DNA of 64,000 nt from an uncultured Pseudomonadota bacterium (GTDB lineage Bacteria; Myxococcota_A; Polyangia; Fen-1088), in contig CAWKBC010000047.1 in assembly GCA_963847705.1 (NCBI GenBank), positions 64,001-128,000 of the forward strand. The letters are read 5' to 3'. The notes under the pieces were generated by a model. The model saw only the letters and a list, made by a program, of their open reading frames with translations. It did no database searches and was not told the DNA's origin. Positions 20,442-30,317 of the stretch are shown here, piece after piece. Position numbers and translations under genes: made by a program. Within the stretch, counting starts at the first letter, position 1, and the number at the start of each line of letters is the position of its first letter.

Positions 20442-21844
20442 TTGCCGGCCTTGAGCGAGACGACGGTGCGGTTCGCCGGCTGGAAGTAGGCGGCGGCCAC
20501 CCGCTTGACGTCGGCGCTGGTCACCTTGTCGTAGAGCGCGAAGTAGGCGTTGATCGAGGCGAGCTCGCCGGTCAGCGCGATGAACGACGAGGCGGTGTAG
20601 GCCGTCTTGTCGGCCGTCGAGAGCTGGCCGGCGAAGGCGTACTTGACGTGCGAGAGGACGTCCCGGAGCGTGGCGTCGTCGACCCCGTCCTTCGCGATGC
20701 GCGCCATCTCGTCGTGGATCGACGTCTCGACGTAGCCGAGGTCGGCGGGCTTCTTGATGCGCGCGAACACGGTGAACAGGTTGGGATCGACGTGGGCGTC
20801 GTTCGAGCCCGACATCGACTCGACCTTCTGCTCCTTGATCACCAGCTTCTTGTAAAGCGGCGCTCGCTCGGCGAACAGCAGCTCGGCCAGCACGTCCAGC
20901 GTCGGCAGGTCGACGTTCGTGGTCGAGAAGCCGGGCGTGTGGTACCCCTCGACCAGCATCGGCAGCGTCGGCCCCGGCCAGACGAGCTCGGCGCGCTGCT
21001 CCTTCTTCTGGGGCGGCTCCACCGGGATGGCCGGGTGCGGGTTGCCCGCCTTCCAGCCGCCGTAGCTCGCCTCGACCAGCTTGAAGACCTCCTCGGGATC
21101 GGCGTCGCCGACCACCAGGAGGACCACGTTCTCGGGGCGATAGAACCGGTCGAAGAACTGCCGCGAGTAGGCCATCTCGTTGGGCATGTTCTCGATGTCC
21201 TTGAGAAAGCCCATCGTGGTGTGCTTGTAGGTGTGCGTGGTGAAGGCGTGGTCGTAGAGCGTCTCGACCATCTTCTCCATCGGGTTGGAGGCGTTCTTGT
21301 TGTATTCGCCGAGGACGGCGCGCGCCTCCTTCTGGAAGTCGGCCTGCTGGTAGGTGAGGTGCTGGAAGCGATCGCTCTCGATCTCCACGATCTTGGGGAG
21401 CGCCTGCTTGCCCGCCAGGATGTGATAGACGGTCAGATCGTCGGAGGTGAAGGCGTTGGAGTCGGCGCCCATCTGCTTGATGACGCCGTTGTAGGCGTCG
21501 AGCGTGTACTTCTCGGTGCCGTGGAACATCATGTGCTCGAAGAAGTGGGCGAACCCCGACTTGCCCGCCTCGACCTCGTTGCGGCTGCCGGTGCGCACCA
21601 CCGAGTAGTAGGCGACCAGGCCTGGCGAGTCGAAGCCGACGACGTAGACGCGCAGGCCGTTGGGGAGCGTCTTTTCCTTCACCGGAAACGGGAACGCCAC
21701 GCCGGCGCCGGAGGTGGCGCCAGGAGGCGGGGTGGCGGGCGCGGCCGATGCCGAAGAGGGGCGGCCGAGCGCCGCCAGGAGCGGCAGGGCGAGCGCGCCG
21801 GCCAAAAGCACGGGCGTGAGCGCGGGGGTCAGGAGCATGCGCAT
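20438..21844 (-). CDS. M16 family zinc peptidase, catalytic subunit
   Basis: LPNGL, GSRNE, GFAHFFEHMMF (HxxEH), NAFT; signal peptide. Confidence 0.93.
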   Translation of the reverse strand: MRMLLTPALTPVLLAGALALPLLAALGRPSSASAAPATPPPGATSGAGVAFPFPVKEKTLPNGLRVYVVGFDSPGLVAYYSVVRTGSRNEVEAGKSGFAHFFEHMMFHGTEKYTLDAYNGVIKQMGADSNAFTSDDLTVYHILAGKQALPKIVEIESDRFQHLTYQQADFQKEARAVLGEYNKNASNPMEKMVETLYDHAFTTHTYKHTTMGFLKDIENMPNEMAYSRQFFDRFYRPENVVLLVVGDADPEEVFKLVEASYGGWKAGNPHPAIPVEPPQKKEQRAELVWPGPTLPMLVEGYHTPGFSTTNVDLPTLDVLAELLFAERAPLYKKLVIKEQKVESMSGSNDAHVDPNLFTVFARIKKPADLGYVETSIHDEMARIAKDGVDDATLRDVLSHVKYAFAGQLSTADKTAYTASSFIALTGELASINAYFALYDKVTSADVKRVAAAYFQPANRTVVSLKAGK

Positions 21845-21885
21845 GCGGTCTCCGGGTGGGTTGCGACGTAGGATAGTGCCGGCAG

Positions 21886-23094
21886 ATGAAAACAGAATCG
21901 CCCCACCGCCACAACCGATACTCCGTGACGGGGAGATTGCTCCTCGACGGGCGATTGGTGCCGGGCGCCCTGGTGGTCGACGGGGATCGGATCGTGGAAG
22001 TCCGAACCGACGGGGTGGGAGAGCTGCCGGGCCCGCGCCTCGACGCCGAGATCGTGTCTCCCGGGCTCATCGACCTGCAATGCAACGGCGGGTTCGGTTT
22101 CGAGGTCGGGGGTGACGCCGGGGCGCTGGGCGCCCTCGCGGCCCGCCTGCCGTCGACGGGGGTGACGACCTTCTTGCCGACGGTGGTCAGCGCGCGGGCG
22201 GCGGACTACCGGGCCTTCGCCGCCGCGCTGGCCGCGATGGAGCTCGGGGAGGCGGGCGCCCCGCCGCGCGCCCAGGCTGCCGGGCTGCATCTGGAGGGGC
22301 CGCTGCTGGCGGCGGCGCGCGCGGGGGCGCACGATCGCGCGGCCATCGCGGCCGCCGACGACACGCTCGATGAGGTCCTCGACGAGCTGCTGGCCTCGCG
22401 GGCCCTGCGCCTGATGACGCTGGCGCCGGAGCGCCCCGGGGCGCTTTTGCGCCTTCGGCGCCTCGTCGACGCCGATGTGGTGGTCAGCCTCGGTCACACC
22501 GACGCCACGTACGACGAGATGCTCGACGGAACCGATGCGGGTGCGACCTTGGCCACGCACCTCTTCAACGCCATGTCGCCCTTTCACCACCGCGCGCCCG
22601 GCGCGGTCGGCGCGGCGCTGATCGACGAGCGGCTGACCGTCGGCCTGATCGCCGACGGGGTGCACGCCCACCCGGCGGCGCTGAACCTGGTGCTGCGCGC
22701 CAAAGGCGCCGAGGGGATCGTTCTGGTCACCGACGCGGTCGCGGCGGCCGGCGCGCCAACCGGGACCTACGGCCTCGGCGGCGCGCCGATCCTCTCCGAT
22801 GGCGAGAGCGCGCGGCGGCCCGATGGAACCCTGGCCGGCTCGACGCTGACCATGGATCGCGCCGTACGCGGGATGGTCGCGCTCGGCGGCGCCCGCCCCG
22901 AGCAGGCGCTGACGATGGCGACCGCCGTCCCCGCCGCGCGCCTCGGCTTCGCCGATCGCGGCCGCCTGGCCGTCGGCCGGCGCGCCGACCTGGCCCTCTG
23001 GTCCGAAGAGCTGAAGCTGCTCTTCACGGTGATCGGCGGCCTGTCGGCGTTCGCTTCAGATCCCCTCTCCCCGCGGGAGCGGGGAGAGGGCTAG
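21886..23094 (+). CDS. nagA: N-acetylglucosamine-6-phosphate deacetylase
   Basis: PGLIDLQCNG, GLHLEGP, GHT, THLFNAM, DGVH, VTDA, LAGSTL. Confidence 0.93.
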   Translation: MKTESPHRHNRYSVTGRLLLDGRLVPGALVVDGDRIVEVRTDGVGELPGPRLDAEIVSPGLIDLQCNGGFGFEVGGDAGALGALAARLPSTGVTTFLPTVVSARAADYRAFAAALAAMELGEAGAPPRAQAAGLHLEGPLLAAARAGAHDRAAIAAADDTLDEVLDELLASRALRLMTLAPERPGALLRLRRLVDADVVVSLGHTDATYDEMLDGTDAGATLATHLFNAMSPFHHRAPGAVGAALIDERLTVGLIADGVHAHPAALNLVLRAKGAEGIVLVTDAVAAAGAPTGTYGLGGAPILSDGESARRPDGTLAGSTLTMDRAVRGMVALGGARPEQALTMATAVPAARLGFADRGRLAVGRRADLALWSEELKLLFTVIGGLSAFASDPLSPRERGEG

Positions 23095-23103
23095 GGAGAG
23101 GGG
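23062..23103. repeat. REP-like palindromic element CCCTCTCCCCGC-GGGA-GCGGGGAGAGGG-CTAGGGAGAGGGG
   Basis: Perfect 12-bp stem 23063-23090 followed by a second GGGAGAGGG; contains the nagA stop codon. Confidence 0.75.
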
Positions 23104-23118
23104 CCCGCGGTCCGCCCT

Positions 23119-23703
23119 TTAGTGAACCCGGCAGGTGTACGGCAGCGCGCCCAAGATCTCCGCCTCGCGCTGCCCGAGCACCTCCAGGCGCTCCGCGTAC
23201 AACTCGGCCGTGACCAGCGGCCGCGCCAGCTCCAGGAAGATCTCGGCGTGGCGCTCCTCGGCGTCGCCGAGCGCGGTGTAAAAATCAGCCAGCGCTGGCT
23301 CACCGCTGGCGGCGAACCCGCGCGCCAACAGGCCCAGCCGCTCATGCGACCGCGCCTCGATGAACGCCGCGACCAGCAGCGCATCGAGCAGCCGCTCGGG
23401 CTCCCGCCCCCGCACCTCCTCCATCAGCCCGCGCGCATACAGATTGGGAAAATCGCCGCGCGGCGTCCACCCCCGCCGCCCCAGCAAGGCCGCCACCTGC
23501 ACGACGTGGCTGGTCTCCTCGTGCGCCAGCCGCGACAGCTGCGCGACCGAGGCACCCCGGTGCGGGTAGCGCCGCACCAGCGACAACGCGTTCTCCGCCG
23601 CCTTCCGCTCGCAGTGGAGGTGATCCGACAGCAGCGCCCGCAGATCGGCCGCGCTCGCCGAGAACCAGCGGGGATGCGTGCAGGAACGAAGGATCGTCGC
23701 CAT
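23119..23703 (-). CDS. miaE: tRNA-(ms2io6A) hydroxylase, ferritin-like di-iron
   Basis: DHLHCERKAA, HEETSH, IEARSHER, AEERH. Confidence 0.88.
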   Translation of the reverse strand: MATILRSCTHPRWFSASAADLRALLSDHLHCERKAAENALSLVRRYPHRGASVAQLSRLAHEETSHVVQVAALLGRRGWTPRGDFPNLYARGLMEEVRGREPERLLDALLVAAFIEARSHERLGLLARGFAASGEPALADFYTALGDAEERHAEIFLELARPLVTAELYAERLEVLGQREAEILGALPYTCRVH

Positions 23704-23731
23704 CGATCGAAGGTGGGAAACCGGGAGCCTA

Positions 23732-25546
23732 TCAGAGCATCGTGAGCAGCGCGGCGATGGCAGCGCCGAGCGTGTAGAGCGATTCGCCGGCGATGAGGCC
23801 GCCGCCGATCAGCGACGGGGTGCTCATGTCCTCGGGCAGGGCGTCGCCGTGCTCCTCGGGCGTGGCCACCGGCGGGCGGCGCGGGGAGAGCAGCGACGTC
23901 AGCAAGCTGCCGGCCGCGAACCAGGCGGCGGTCGAGATCTCCAGGAACCCGCCCGTCGACGAGGCGTAGGGGCTCGACAGCAGGACCGCGTCGACCAGCC
24001 AGCCGACGACCGCGCCGGCGCCGCCCGAGGCCACGAAGCGTCCATAGGCCCCCCAGCGCTTCATGAGCTTTCGCAGCACCTCGGTCCCGAAGCCGATCCC
24101 GAAGCCGAGCCAGAGCGCGGTCACCTGGTACGGCTTCAGATGCCCCATGCCCCGGATGGCGCCCACGAACTTGAATGTCATCGCCGACTGCCAGCCGCCC
24201 ACGCGCGCCTCGGGGTGGGTGAAGGTGTCGACGCGCAGGATCGGATAGGCGGTCATGAAGAGCTGCGCCATCAGCACGCAGAGGACCGAGCCGACGACGA
24301 TTCCCACGGCCTGGTAGCGAAACTGGATCGCCCGGTCGGAGCCGAGCCGCCAGCCGGTCGAGCGATCCTGCTGCATGTCGACGCCGACGGTGGTGGAGAC
24401 GAGCAGGATGCTGGCCGCCATCATGGCCACGATCGGCGAGCGGAGGCCGAGCGCGGACATCATCAGGACCGAGACGACGAAGGCGCTGGAGATGGGGTTC
24501 CAGTCCGAGATGCCGGTGGAGATGCCGTTCACGAACACGAAGAGAAAGACCAGCGCCAGCGCGAACAGCACGTAGCCGACCGGCTGCCCCAGGAGCAGGG
24601 TCGCCACCAGCACCAGCGCCGCGCCCCAGACGATCACCCAGGCCAGGAGGCGCCCGCTGCTGAGGCCGCCCGATTGCACCGGCGCACGCGGAGCGCCTCG
24701 CCGGGCCCGCAGGCGGCGCGCTGCCTCGCGCCCGATGACGGCCAGGTCGACCACCGCCGCGCCCATGATCATCGCCAGGCCGACCAGAAAGCCGATCTTG
24801 CGGAACGGATCGTGCGGGCCGAGGTACCCGGCGGCGCGCAGGCGCGGCACCAGCAGCTCGCCCAGGCCGCCCATCACCAGCGCGGGGACGCCGATGCGCG
24901 AGCCGACAATCAGGCCGGCGCCGACGGTCGAGGCGGAGATGCCGATCCGCTCCAGCCAGGCGACCCGCGACACCAGCGCCGCGATGGCGATGCCGGCGCC
25001 GGTGCCGCCGCCCAGCTTGCCGATCGAACGGCGCAGGAGCCGCCTGTCCGTCAGGGCGCGCAGGATGTTGGCCACCGCGTGCCCCGAGGGAAACTCGAGC
25101 TGCAGGCGGTCGACCAGGACCGGCGTGTAGAGCATGCCGACGCCGATCCCGAACATGCCGATGCAACCGAAGTAGAGCCCCAGCTTCCAGCCGGCCGGCA
25201 GCGGCATCCCCAGCCAGACCATCGCCTGGATGAGGACGCACATGCCGGCCAGGTCGGCGACCGAGGCCGCCATGGTCTGGATGTAGTTGGCGCCGTGCTT
25301 GCCCTCGGCGCCGTAGCCGTAGGTCACGACGCTTCCCAGGATGCCGGCCAGCACCTGGGCGCCGACCGAGAACCCCAGGCTGAAGGTCATGTACGCGGCG
25401 GTGACCCCGCCGAGCGGGCCGAGGATGAACAGCGCCACCGCGCCGAGCAGCAGGTGATAGCGGAGGCTCCCCGGTGCGGGCAAGAACCGCTGCAAGGACC
25501 GATGCGGCAAGCGACGCGCCCCGGGACGACCGTCCGATTCGGTCAT
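23732..25546 (-). CDS. OPT/YSL family oligopeptide transporter
   Basis: ATG at 25546 (ATGA overlap), NYIQTMAAS, LEFPSG, MQQDRSTG, GGGLIAGESL, many TM segments. Confidence 0.9.
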   Translation of the reverse strand: MTESDGRPGARRLPHRSLQRFLPAPGSLRYHLLLGAVALFILGPLGGVTAAYMTFSLGFSVGAQVLAGILGSVVTYGYGAEGKHGANYIQTMAASVADLAGMCVLIQAMVWLGMPLPAGWKLGLYFGCIGMFGIGVGMLYTPVLVDRLQLEFPSGHAVANILRALTDRRLLRRSIGKLGGGTGAGIAIAALVSRVAWLERIGISASTVGAGLIVGSRIGVPALVMGGLGELLVPRLRAAGYLGPHDPFRKIGFLVGLAMIMGAAVVDLAVIGREAARRLRARRGAPRAPVQSGGLSSGRLLAWVIVWGAALVLVATLLLGQPVGYVLFALALVFLFVFVNGISTGISDWNPISSAFVVSVLMMSALGLRSPIVAMMAASILLVSTTVGVDMQQDRSTGWRLGSDRAIQFRYQAVGIVVGSVLCVLMAQLFMTAYPILRVDTFTHPEARVGGWQSAMTFKFVGAIRGMGHLKPYQVTALWLGFGIGFGTEVLRKLMKRWGAYGRFVASGGAGAVVGWLVDAVLLSSPYASSTGGFLEISTAAWFAAGSLLTSLLSPRRPPVATPEEHGDALPEDMSTPSLIGGGLIAGESLYTLGAAIAALLTML

Positions 25547-26124
25547 GGGGTGGGGGTCGGGGCGCGGCGCGCGCGGCCGATGGCGATGGCGCGTTTCACG
25601 TAATCGATCAGCGCCACGATCCCCAGCCCGAACGCCAGGCAGATGGGGAGGGTCGCGGGGAGACCGGCCACCAGCGCGCCGATCGCCAGGAACTGCGCGA
25701 TGGTCGCCGCCTTGCCGAGCACGCTGGCGCGGAAGTCGTAGCGCAGCCAGCGTCGCAAGGTGGGAATGGCCCGGTAGACGATCGACATCGGGAGCTGGAT
25801 GAGCTCGCGGGCGACGATCAGCGCCAGCATCGCGAGCGGGACGCCGCGCTCGAAGTGCAGGGCCGCCAGCACCGCGCCCACGAACAGCTTGTCGCAGATC
25901 GGATCGAGCCAGGAACCGGCGCCTGCCAGCGCGGTGCCGCGCCGGCGTGCCAGCGTCCCGTCGAGCACGTCGGTCGCCGCCGCCGCGCCCATCACCCCGA
26001 GCGCGGCGGCGGCGCGCCCCGGCGTCGGTCCGAGCACCATCCAGAACAGCCAGCCGAGCGGCAAGCGCGCCAGGCTCAGCAGGTTCGGCAGCGTGAAGAA
26101 GGGGATGGGGACAGCTTCCGGCAT
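25543..26124 (-). CDS. CDP-alcohol phosphatidyltransferase
   Basis: TLPNLLSLAR and DVLDGTLARR...GSWLDPICDK signature. Confidence 0.92.
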   Translation of the reverse strand: MPEAVPIPFFTLPNLLSLARLPLGWLFWMVLGPTPGRAAAALGVMGAAAATDVLDGTLARRRGTALAGAGSWLDPICDKLFVGAVLAALHFERGVPLAMLALIVARELIQLPMSIVYRAIPTLRRWLRYDFRASVLGKAATIAQFLAIGALVAGLPATLPICLAFGLGIVALIDYVKRAIAIGRARRAPTPTP

Positions 26125-26191
26125 CCGGTCCCTCGAAGCGTAACACTGCGGCAGGACCGGTGAGGGCACCCGGGCGTCCGACGTTCATCGA

Positions 26192-27526
26192 TCAATGAAA
26201 GAGCTGGTCCGCCTGGTGGTGTTGCAGTCCGCCATCGACGGTGCCGCCGGCCGGGATGACGACCTCGTCGAAGACCTCGCCGTCACCGCAGGCGATGTTT
26301 TCGTTCCCCATCGACCGTGGACCGCAGATCGCCTCGATCCGCAGCTCCGTCGGGCGCACCGAAACCTTGAGGAAGCCGTAGTGGATCGCGCGAACGGCGG
26401 TGAACGCGGGCGGCTTGCAGACGTCCCACAGGCAGGGGCCCGTCGCGTGCTCGGGTGCGCCGCCGCCCGTTCCCGCGGTGATGTGCACGACGTGCGCCTG
26501 CGGGTTCGTTCGCTCGTAAACGTGGCTGTGCCCGTTCAGGTTCAAGACGTATTTCGGAAACCGTTTGCCGAAGCCGTCGAGGATCGCACGCAGCTGCAGA
26601 TCGCTGCCGTGGTGGCCCGACGAGTAGGCGGGGCGGTGGCCGGCGGTGATCACGAACTTGATGAGTGGGCTCGCCTCGGCTTCGACGAAGAGGGGCTCGG
26701 CCCGCTTGGCCCAGTCGACCCAGGTGTCGTGCGTGTAGGGCTCGGGATAGATGATGAAGCGGACCGACCCGAAGTCGAACCAGTACCAGTCCTTGCCGCA
26801 GCAGCCGAGGGTCGGGGCGCCGGGTGAGGCCGCGGCGTGCGGAAGCGCGAACCGTCCCTTGTAGTTGCGCAGATCGTCGCGCTGAGGATCGCTCCATTCG
26901 TGGTTGCCCCAGGCCGGCATGTAGGCCGCCCGTTGCGACCAGACCATGACGTCCTCGAAGTGACGATCGACGGCCGACTGATTCTTGAGGTCTGCGTAGG
27001 AGAGATCGCCGAGCGCCAGCACGAACCAGGGCTCGGTGAGGCTCATGTCGCGGTGGACGCCGGCCGCGGCGGGCTGGCCACCCGAGTCGCCCATGTCACC
27101 CACCGCGGCGAAGGTGAAATCCGAGGCGCCCGGCGCCGGCGGCGCGTGAAACGAATGCCCTTGTGGGTTGAATGGGTGGCCCACCTCGAACTCGTACTCG
27201 AGGCCGGGGACCAGCTGATCGGCGACCGCCTCCTGGAACGGGCCGCGCATGGAGGTGGGGGTGGGGCTGGCCGGGTGCGCGTCCACCGTGCGCGGCGGGA
27301 GACCCTTGGCCCAGTAGCGCACGGTCGTTCCGTCGCCGCGCCAGTCGAAGGTGACGGCGTCGGCGGCCGTGTAGGTGAAGTGAACCTCGTGTGGCTCCTG
27401 CGTCGTCGGCAGCGCCACCGGCATCGGCATCGACGCGTCGAAGCGCCCCAGGAGCTCGGCCGCCCCCCCACGGCATCCGCTGGCGGCCGCCAGCACGATG
27501 AGCGCCAGCGCGCGCGCTATCCGCAC
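26192..27526 (-). CDS. Purple acid phosphatase-like metallophosphoesterase lipoprotein
   Basis: Lipobox ASGC, GDMG, GDLSY, GNHE, GHRP, GHSH. Confidence 0.88.
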   Translation of the reverse strand: MRIARALALIVLAAASGCRGGAAELLGRFDASMPMPVALPTTQEPHEVHFTYTAADAVTFDWRGDGTTVRYWAKGLPPRTVDAHPASPTPTSMRGPFQEAVADQLVPGLEYEFEVGHPFNPQGHSFHAPPAPGASDFTFAAVGDMGDSGGQPAAAGVHRDMSLTEPWFVLALGDLSYADLKNQSAVDRHFEDVMVWSQRAAYMPAWGNHEWSDPQRDDLRNYKGRFALPHAAASPGAPTLGCCGKDWYWFDFGSVRFIIYPEPYTHDTWVDWAKRAEPLFVEAEASPLIKFVITAGHRPAYSSGHHGSDLQLRAILDGFGKRFPKYVLNLNGHSHVYERTNPQAHVVHITAGTGGGAPEHATGPCLWDVCKPPAFTAVRAIHYGFLKVSVRPTELRIEAICGPRSMGNENIACGDGEVFDEVVIPAGGTVDGGLQHHQADQLFH

Positions 27527-28599
27527 TGGCCTCGCTGACGCAAAAAATGATCGGCCAGGACCAGCGCCAGCATCGCCTCGACGATGGGGACCGCGCGCGG
27601 CAGCACGCAGGGATCGTGGCGGCCGCGCGCCTTGATCGTCGTGTCGTGGCCATTCTCGTCGACGGTCTCTTGCTCGCGCAGGATGGTGGCGGTCGGCTTG
27701 AACGCCACCCGGATGACGATCTCCTCGCCGTTGGAGATGCCACCCTGGACGCCGCCCGACCGATTCGTCCGCGTCCGCACCTTGCCGGCGCCATTGTAAA
27801 ACGGATCGTTGTGCTGGCTGCCGGTGAGGCGCGTGCCCGCGAAACCGCTGCCGATCTCGAACCCCTTGGCGGCCGGCAGCGACAGCATGGCCTTGGCCAG
27901 ATCGGCGTCCAGCTTGTCGAACACCGGTTCGCCCAGTCCGGGTGGAACGCCGCGCGCGACCGCCTCGACGACTCCCCCCAGCGAGTCGCCCGCTTTTCGT
28001 GCGGTCTCAATCAGCGCGATCATCTTGGTCGCCGTCGCTCCGTCGGGGCAGCGGACGATGTTGGACTCGACCGCCTCCCGCGTCACGCTGGTCGTGTCGA
28101 CCTCGACCTCCAGGTCCTGCACGCGCTGCACCCAGGCGACGATGTCGACGGCGCCCGCGGCGGCGAGCGCCTTCCTGGCCAGCACGCCGGCCGCCACCCG
28201 CCCGATCGTCTCGCGGGCGCTGGCCCGGCCGCCCCCCTCCCAGGCGCGGAGGCCGAACTTCGCCTGATAGGTGTAGTCGGCGTGCGAGGGGCGAAATTTG
28301 GTCCGCATCTCGTCATAGTCCCCGGAGCGCTGGTCGGAGTTGCGGACCAGCAGCGAGATTGGCGTCCCCAGGGTGACGCCGTCGCGCACGCCCGAGAGGA
28401 TCTCGACCGTGTCGGACTCCCGCCGCTGCGTGGTGATGGCGCTCTGTCCCGGGCGCCGGCGGTCGAGCTCGACCTGGATCTCTTCGACGGTGATGGGCAG
28501 TCGGGGCGGGCAGCCATCGATCACCACGCCGACGGCAGGGCCATGCGACTCCCCGAAGGTCGTCACCCGAAACATCGTTCCGAAGCTGTTGCCGCTCAT
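27517..28599 (-). CDS. aroC: Chorismate synthase
   Basis: FGESHG, RRRPGQS, RPSHADY, SARET, GGISNG, RHDPCV. Confidence 0.98.
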   Translation of the reverse strand: MSGNSFGTMFRVTTFGESHGPAVGVVIDGCPPRLPITVEEIQVELDRRRPGQSAITTQRRESDTVEILSGVRDGVTLGTPISLLVRNSDQRSGDYDEMRTKFRPSHADYTYQAKFGLRAWEGGGRASARETIGRVAAGVLARKALAAAGAVDIVAWVQRVQDLEVEVDTTSVTREAVESNIVRCPDGATATKMIALIETARKAGDSLGGVVEAVARGVPPGLGEPVFDKLDADLAKAMLSLPAAKGFEIGSGFAGTRLTGSQHNDPFYNGAGKVRTRTNRSGGVQGGISNGEEIVIRVAFKPTATILREQETVDENGHDTTIKARGRHDPCVLPRAVPIVEAMLALVLADHFLRQRGQCG

Positions 28600-29051
28600 C
28601 GCAGTCTCGGCAGGTGGGTGATCATGCCACGAGGGGTCGATTCACCCGCCAGCATGAACAGGCGGCCGTTTCCCTCCTCGATCTGCAGGTAGCGATCGCC
28701 CGCCGCGCGGTAGCGCCAGACCTGCAGCGCGCCCGCGGCGTGATCGGGGACCAGGCCGTCGATCTCGATCACCGCCCGCGCCGCCAGCCGCTGCACGTAG
28801 CTGAGCTGGTGGTAGTCGATGCTGTCGGGCGGCGGCATCGCCAGGTCGAGATCGTGGACCTCGTGCAGCACCAGCAGGCGCTCAGCGGGCGGGCCGGCTT
28901 CATCGGCGGGAAATTCGACCCAGGCCGTCGTCTCGCCGTCGACGGAGCGGGCCATCACCGACCGCTTTCCCGCCAGGAGATATCCGACCGTCCCTTCAAC
29001 CACGTAATCTCGACCAGAGAAGCTCAGCACGTCGCGGATATGGATGGGCAC
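28596..29051 (-). CDS. DUF4178-like hypothetical protein
   Basis: Stop overlaps aroC start; pattern [14 protein letters not shown]...PPDSIDY...WRY...LQIE. Confidence 0.6.
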   Translation of the reverse strand: MPIHIRDVLSFSGRDYVVEGTVGYLLAGKRSVMARSVDGETTAWVEFPADEAGPPAERLLVLHEVHDLDLAMPPPDSIDYHQLSYVQRLAARAVIEIDGLVPDHAAGALQVWRYRAAGDRYLQIEEGNGRLFMLAGESTPRGMITHLPRLR

Positions 29052-29065
29052 GGGGGGCGGGCTCC

Positions 29066-29095
29066 TTGACAGGTCGAAGGTCGGGCGATTATACG
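29066..29095 (+). promoter_or_regulatory. Putative sigma70 promoter for the E1-alpha gene
   Basis: TTGACA-N18-TATACG, 15 nt upstream of GTG at 29111. Confidence 0.4.
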
Positions 29096-29110
29096 GGCCA
29101 GCGGCACACC

Positions 29111-30220
29111 GTGAAGCTGGAAGTCATCCGCGTCATCGACGACGACGGAAAGGTCGTCCACCCGGAGCGCGAGCCGGCGCTGACCGGCGAGGACCTGCGC
29201 CGTCTTTTCAGGACGATGCTGCTCGTTCGCCTGCTCGACGAGCGCATGCTGCTGCTGCAGCGGCAGGGGAGGATGGGGTTTTACCTGACCTCGCTGGGCG
29301 AGGAGGCGACGCACATCGGCGCCGCGCACGCCCTGCGCCTGGGCGACTGGCTCTACCCCGCTTACCGCGAGATCGGGGCGGCGCTCTACCGCGGCTACCC
29401 GCTCAACACCTTCATGTGCCAGCTCTACGGCAACGCCGACGATCCGGTGAAGGGGCGCCAGATGCCGGTGCACCACTCGGTGCGGCGGCTGAACTTCGTC
29501 TCGGTCAGCTCACCGGTCGGCTCGCACATCCCGCACGCGGTGGGGACCGCCTGGGCGGCCAAGCTGCAGAAGACGGAGGACGTCGCGCTCGCCTTCTTCG
29601 GCGACGGCGCCACCTCGACACCCACGTTCCATGTCAGCGCCACCTTCGCCGCGCTCTACAAGGTGCCGGCCATCCTGTTTTGCCGCAACAACGGCTGGGC
29701 CATCTCCGTGCCGTCCTCGACGCAGAGCGCGACGCCTTCCTTCGCCCAGAAGGCCATCGCCTACGGGATGCGAGGCGTTCTGGTCGACGGCAACGATCTG
29801 CTGGCGGTGATTCACGTGGTGGCCGAGGCGGCGGCGCGCGCCCGGCGCGGCGAGGGGCCCACCTTGATCGAGGCCCGCACCTATCGCAGGGGCGCCCACA
29901 GCACCTCCGACGATCCGTCCGTCTATCGCGATCCCGCGGAGCCCAAGGCCTGGGAGCGCCGGGATCCCATTGATCGCATTCGCAGCTACGCGAGCGCGCG
30001 GGGGGAGCTGGACGCGGCGTTCGAAGCCAAGGCGCGGGAGGAGATCAACGCCGAGATCCGGGCCGCGCTCGCCCACGCCGAGGGGCGCCCGGGCAAGCCG
30101 CCCCTCGCCAGCCTGGTGGAGGACGTCTACGCCGAGCCGACCCCTCGCCTGCGCGAGCAGCTGGCCGGGCTGGAGGCGGAGATCGCCAAGCACGGGGCCA
30201 AGCGCCCGCCGCACGGCTGA
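29111..30220 (+). CDS. TPP-dependent 2-oxoacid dehydrogenase E1 alpha subunit (branched-chain/pyruvate type)
   Basis: LQRQGRMGFY, KGRQMPVH, GDGATS...NN TPP motif, YRRGAHSTSDD. Confidence 0.93.
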   Translation: MKLEVIRVIDDDGKVVHPEREPALTGEDLRRLFRTMLLVRLLDERMLLLQRQGRMGFYLTSLGEEATHIGAAHALRLGDWLYPAYREIGAALYRGYPLNTFMCQLYGNADDPVKGRQMPVHHSVRRLNFVSVSSPVGSHIPHAVGTAWAAKLQKTEDVALAFFGDGATSTPTFHVSATFAALYKVPAILFCRNNGWAISVPSSTQSATPSFAQKAIAYGMRGVLVDGNDLLAVIHVVAEAAARARRGEGPTLIEARTYRRGAHSTSDDPSVYRDPAEPKAWERRDPIDRIRSYASARGELDAAFEAKAREEINAEIRAALAHAEGRPGKPPLASLVEDVYAEPTPRLREQLAGLEAEIAKHGAKRPPHG

Positions 30221-30317
30221 GATTCCCCGGGGGCGCACCGGTCCGCGGACCACCGGTATAGAAAAGTCGGGGATATGCCGATAGCTGGGCGACATGTCAC
30301 TCCATGTCCGCGCAGCG

